This document shows positions 58,571 to 64,000 of a stretch of 64,000 bases of DNA, piece by piece. Within the stretch, counting starts at the first letter, position 1; every line of letters begins with the position of its first letter. The position numbers were made by a program, and so were the translations under genes. The DNA lies in the NCBI RefSeq assembly GCF_009914755.1, contig NC_060937.1. One strand, written 5' to 3'. Below the pieces are notes generated by a model. It did no database searches. It saw only the letters and a program-made list of their open reading frames with translations, and had not been told where the DNA came from. Source of the stretch: the human T2T-CHM13v2.0 reference genome, Homo sapiens.

Positions 58571-59070
58571 GAATCCTCCTCCTTGATGCTAGCTGCTCTT
58601 ACCAGAGCCAGTTCTTGTGGGGAAGCTGAGTGCTCTGTAACTCCCGTGTCTCAGCTCCCTTGCGTGGCCCCTAGAGGCAGACGTGGGAGGAATGCCGCAG
58701 CCTCGAAGAACCAGGTCTGGCATTCTTGGTGCTGGTCCCAGGGTCCCGAGGCCTGCTTTCCACAGTCACGCTGTAGAGACGGCTCCTTGTGGAGACACCT
58801 TCTGTGTGCAGGCACGAGGTTTCTCCTCTGCCCCAGGCTTCGGTGCGGAGTGTCTGGGGGGACAGAGCCACCAGATGTGAACGCTGTGCTAGTCGCCCTC
58901 TCTGGTCTCTCCCTTGGCGTGGCCAGACTCCCCGGTGCATCTGGACATCGTGGCGGGCAACTGCCATTTACAGACACGGGAGGACGTTTTGCATGACCCG
59001 CCTTCTGTGTGTTTTCCCACTCTTTGCAAACCCATTGCTTTTCAGCTCGGAGAGTTGCTTTCCAGTTGTG

Positions 59071-59861
59071 CCGGCTCCGTGGCCGAGGAGGCGGTTTCTT
59101 TCTGGTTCTGCCGGCTCCGTGGCCGAGGAGGCGGTTTCTTTCGGGTTCTGCCGGCTCCGTGGCTGAGGAGGCGGTTTCTTTCTGGTTCTGCCGGCTCCGT
59201 GGCTGAGGAGGCGGTTTCTTTCCGGCCGCGCTGGCTCCGTGGCTGAGGAGGCGGTTTCTTTCGGGTTCTGCCGGCTCCGTGGCCGAGGAGGCGGTTTCTT
59301 TCTGGTTCTGCCGGCTCCGTGGCCGAGGAGGCGGTTTCTTTCGGGTTCTGCCGGCTCCGTGGCCGAGGAGGCGGTTTCTTTCGGGTTCTGCCGGCTCCGT
59401 GGCCGAGGAGGCGGTTTCTTTCGGGTTCTGCCGGCTCCGTGGCTGAGGAGGCGGTTTCTTTCTGGTTCTGCCGGCTCCGTGGCTGAGGAGGCGGTTTCTT
59501 TCCGGCCGCGCTGGCTCCGTGGCTGAGGAGGCGGTTTCTTTCGGGTTCTGCCGGCTCCGTGGCTGAGGAGGCGGTTTCTTTCCGGCCGCGCCGGCTCCAT
59601 GGCTGAGGAGGCGGTTTCTTTCGGGTTCTGCCGGCTCCGTGGCTGAGGAGGCGGTTTCTTTCCGGCCGCGCCGGCTCCATGGCTGAGGAGGCGGTTTCTT
59701 TCCGGCCGCGCCGGCTCTGTGGCCGAGGAGGTGGTTTCTTTCCCGTTGTGCCGGCTCCGTGGCTGAGGAGGCGGTTTCTTTCTGGTTCTGCCGGCTCTGT
59801 GGCCGAGGAGGTGGTTTCTTTCCCGTTGTGCCGCCTCTGTGGCTGAGGAGGCGGTTTCTTT
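59071..59861. repeat. 40-bp CpG-rich VNTR, about 20 copies
   Basis: Unit ccggctccgtggc(c/t)gaggaggcggtttctt + variable 10-mer (tctggttctg / tcgggttctg / tccggccgcg / tcccgttgtg). Confidence 0.97.
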
Positions 59862-61329
59862 AAGGTCTTTTCTGTGCTGATGTTTTAGCTTTACTGAGAT
59901 TTTGTTGCTTATCACACAATTCACCATTGAAGTGTCCTGGGCTGATCTGATGCCGATGGCCTCCGAGTCAAATGCTCTCTAAAGGAAATTCTCAGAAGAT
60001 CTCCGGGGAAAAGCACACATAATTTATAGAATTAGAAAGCAAAGGATTTGTAAGACATCACAAGGAATTCAGTTACCAGTTAGGACTGGTCACCTCCAAA
60101 CTTAAGTACAAAGAACTTATTTACTTCTTCCAAGGAAATTTATTTGGGGGATTTTTTATGTGGCCATGATGATGCTGTCAGTGGCCGAAGCTGCATTCTG
60201 GCAACTCCAGATCCTGGGTGACTTTGCCTAGCTCTGCCCGGCCTGGTGTTGCAGGAAATACGCTAATTCCAGGCACGGAAGCTGGGAGTGCATCCGGTCT
60301 GGGGAGACTTTGCCTTTCTAAGAGGCTCTCAGTGCTGTTGATGGTGCACATTCGACCTTTGAGACTTGGAGAAATCAGATTGCAGAAATGATGCAGAGCA
60401 CCTGAGCAGAACCAATCTGGCGTGAGACACACACGCACACACACACACAATCAGGCGCACCCACCCACACATATACACACACAGGTACACAGTCATGTGC
60501 ACCCATCCACATACGTGCAGTCATGCACACAGCCCTGCACACAGACCTACACATACACATGCGTGCACACAGACATGCACACACACAGTAGGGGCCCTAA
60601 GCAGGCGTCCTTAGCCTTTCTGCTCTGAGCTCTGCAGCATCAGAACCTGCTGCCATAACTGAGCCAAGTGAACTCCTGAAGCAGGAGCATCCCCGGGCGT
60701 GGCAGGGGAGCGCCCACCACCAAGATTCTGCTGCTGTGCTCGGGGGCAGTTGTGCCTTTTCTGTTTTTCTTTCTTTCTATATTTCCAGGAAATCATGACA
60801 TTAAAAATGACTTTTTCTTATGACGAATATTCATTGTAGGATATTTAGTGAAAATTCACACAATAAAAACTGTGATTCGTTTGTGCTCTCCGAGTTTCTG
60901 GGTTTCCTTGCATTTTTCTGGCAGCTTCTATTCTCTCTGGGTGCTTCCGATGCACACATCGCAGATCCCAGGATGATCTTCCTGCCTGGCACGGCTGCCT
61001 CCTCCACGCCACCCCTCATTACCTGTGGTCTAGGAAGACCACCAGTTCCCATTCCAAGCTGCCCAAATAGCTGCGAAATATCTGCTGAAGTAAGAGGAAA
61101 AGGTTCGTTATCTTTATTATCGCTTGTTCACCTTCCAGCCTCCCTGTAGTGAGGGTACTGTCCTGACACAGTGATCCCTGTGGCAAATTCTATTTTCCCC
61201 AAATGACCACATCACCTTTCTATTTCCCACACACAAGGAGAGGCTCTTCCTTCTTCCTTTGAATTTTGTCACCGGGCTGCTGAAGAGAAGGCAGCAGAGG
61301 TGACACAGCGTGAAGCTGAGGCTGGGTTG

Positions 61330-61610
61330 CAGAAGGTGCCACAGACTCCACCCGGCTCTCTCTCTTGCCCAACGTTCCTGGGAGTCCAGCCCCCATGTCA
61401 TGAGGAAGCCCACGTCACCTGGAGAGGTTACAGGCACAGCCACAGTCAGCCACGCGCCAGTCCTGGGAGCCACCCTAGCTCACCCTGAGTGGAGCAGAGG
61501 CAGGGTGTCCACTCCTGGCCTTGCCCAAATTTCAACTCCAACTAAATAAATGTGGTTTTTTAAGCCACTGAGTTATGGGGTCATTTGTCCCACAGTTGTA
61601 GTAACCGGAA
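61330..61610 (+). mobile_element. MLT1-like LTR relic
   Basis: tgaggaagccca...ttgcccaaattt...aataaatgtggtttttaagccactgagttatgggg...gtaaccggaa is a typical MLT1 3' end. Confidence 0.6.
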
Positions 61611-62625
61611 TGACCTCCAAGGACCTGTCCCACTGTAAAGATTGGCAATCCTATGACTTCTGTCTCCTGGACTCCTCCCAAGCCTGAATCCCTTCCCGGA
61701 CGCTCACAGGTCGCAGCGTATCTTGGGTAACCCCATCCACTGCCCCCATCAAGCCAGCCCCCAACCTGTCTCCTGTTTCCCGGAGCTTGCTCAGAGATAA
61801 CAGATTCATCCGATCCTCCAGGAAGGGCCCGAGCGGCCTGGCTCCCTGCCCTCCAACTCTTAGCTCTGTGTGTCTCTCCTTGCGGGAGCCCTCCCTGCGA
61901 CACCTCCCGCTGCCTCTCAGCGCTGAGCTTAACACGGTGGCATCACCTGGGAGGGCTCAGTCTTTCTGTCTCTTCTCCATCAGCCTCTGAGCTCCATCAG
62001 GGCCCCAGGTCAGTGATCACTCCTGTGCTTCCACAGCCCAGCGCCAAACCCAGCCCTGCTCTGGGCCTGGACAATGCTCAGGACAGGACAGTGTGGGAGT
62101 CAGCCCCTGGCCCTGACCCTGGCTCTCGGAGCCAGCGCTGTTGCTTCCCTACCTCACTGGATGTTGCAGGAATGGGTTAGAGATCTGAGGACCACGGAAA
62201 GTTAGGGGTGAGGGGAGGATGAACCAGTCATGGGGAACCCCGGTATCTCTGAGTGAGTAGAGAAGGAAGGTGGTGCTGGCGGGAAGGAAGGACAGGTGCT
62301 GGCTGTGGGTTCCAGCCACTTCCGAGGTGCAGGCCTGGGGAGAGGAGGCAGGTGGGGCCTGCTCAGGGAGCCCCTGAAGAAGTTCTGAGTTGGCTGTGCT
62401 CCAGTTGGCCCCTGCACATTCCCCATGCCAGGCAGGCGCTTTTTCTCCTCTTTAAAAAGGCATTCCCTGAGCCTGGTGGAATGAGACAAACATGGAAATC
62501 CCTGGGCTGCTCTCAGTGGTGGAAGAGGTTGGGCACCCTGGCGGCTTAGGGTGGGACTCGGCCTGCAGAGCCAAGCAGGCGCCCTTTTTCCTCCTTTTCT
62601 TTTCCTTTCGTCCATTTAATTTTTA

Positions 62626-63163
<538 letters not shown>

Positions 63164-63317
63164 TTAACTTTTTTAAAGAAAGAAGATTTCACAAATAGAG
63201 TTTAAGCCCCTAGACATAGTTCCAAAGCTGTTCAGCTTGTCCACCCAGACAGAGAATCACAGTTCTGGATGAAGCATGCACTCTCCCCCAGCATGTTCTT
63301 CTACTTTACTTACACAG

Positions 63318-63678
63318 TATCCATGCATCTACACACATGACTCACGGTGTCCATGTATCTGCACACACATGACTCATGGTGTCCATGTATCTGCACACAC
63401 AAGGCGGTGTCCATGTATCTGCACACGAGACTCACGTCCGTGTATCTGCACACATGAGTCACGGTGTCCATGTATCTGCACACACGAGACGGTGTCCATG
63501 TATCTGCACACGAGACTCACGTCCGTGTATCTGCACACATGACTCAACGTGTCCGTGTATCTGCACACATGACTCACGGTGTCCGTGTATCTGCACACAG
63601 GACTCACGGTGTCCGTGTATCTGCACACAGGACTCACGGTGTCCGTGTATCTGCAAACATGACTCATGGTGTCCGTGT
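63318..63678. repeat. ~26-32 bp VNTR (gtccgtgtatctgcacacatgactcacggt), about 12 copies
   Basis: Recurring gtatctgcacac core. Confidence 0.93.
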
Positions 63679-64000
63679 AATCACCTCCTACTGTTTCATC
63701 ATATCCTATAACCAGTTTCTCAGCTTCCATTCTGCTATCCTACAACTACTCTCCAGTAATCCTATGTGTAGGACCCTCCAATAACCCCCACATCACTCGG
63801 AGCAAAGGCCAGAGGCCCTGCGGCTCACCCCTGATGTCCTCCACCTGGTCCCCACAAGCCTCTGGCACCCTGGTCTCCTTGCTGCTCCCCCTGGGCCTGG
63901 ATGGCTCCACCCCAGGGCCTTTGCATGGAGGTTCCTTTTCCTCAGACCCTCTGCCCCAGATGTCTGGGTGAGCAACCACCTCCACGCCCTCAAGCTTGGT

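Overview
Human-type, GC-rich genomic DNA that I recognise as 13q34. It holds two complete, divergently transcribed 7-exon genes that I assembled exon by exon with GT-AG junctions. ATP4B (gastric H+/K+-ATPase beta subunit) is on the minus strand, CDS 15212->6442, 876 nt = 291 aa + stop. GRK1 (rhodopsin kinase) is on the plus strand, CDS 24456->42656, 1692 nt = 563 aa + stop, ending in the CaaX box CLVS. The rest is old L1s, Alus, two MER4-type solo LTRs with intact 4-bp TSDs, DNA-transposon relics and an unusually dense set of unrelated VNTRs and RY/TG tracts. Most long ORFs in the track are repeat or GC artefacts. I found no convincing new protein-coding system. The most interesting observations are: (i) a two-site templated rearrangement in the L1 at 1-3871; (ii) tandem repeats that multiply regulatory motifs (splice donors in ATP4B intron 3 and the GRK1 3'UTR, E-boxes next to the GRK1 promoter, AP-1 sites, YY1-like cores); (iii) a GRK1 uORF and the intron-6 read-through frame. 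Repeat family names come from recalled consensus sequences, not from a database search.
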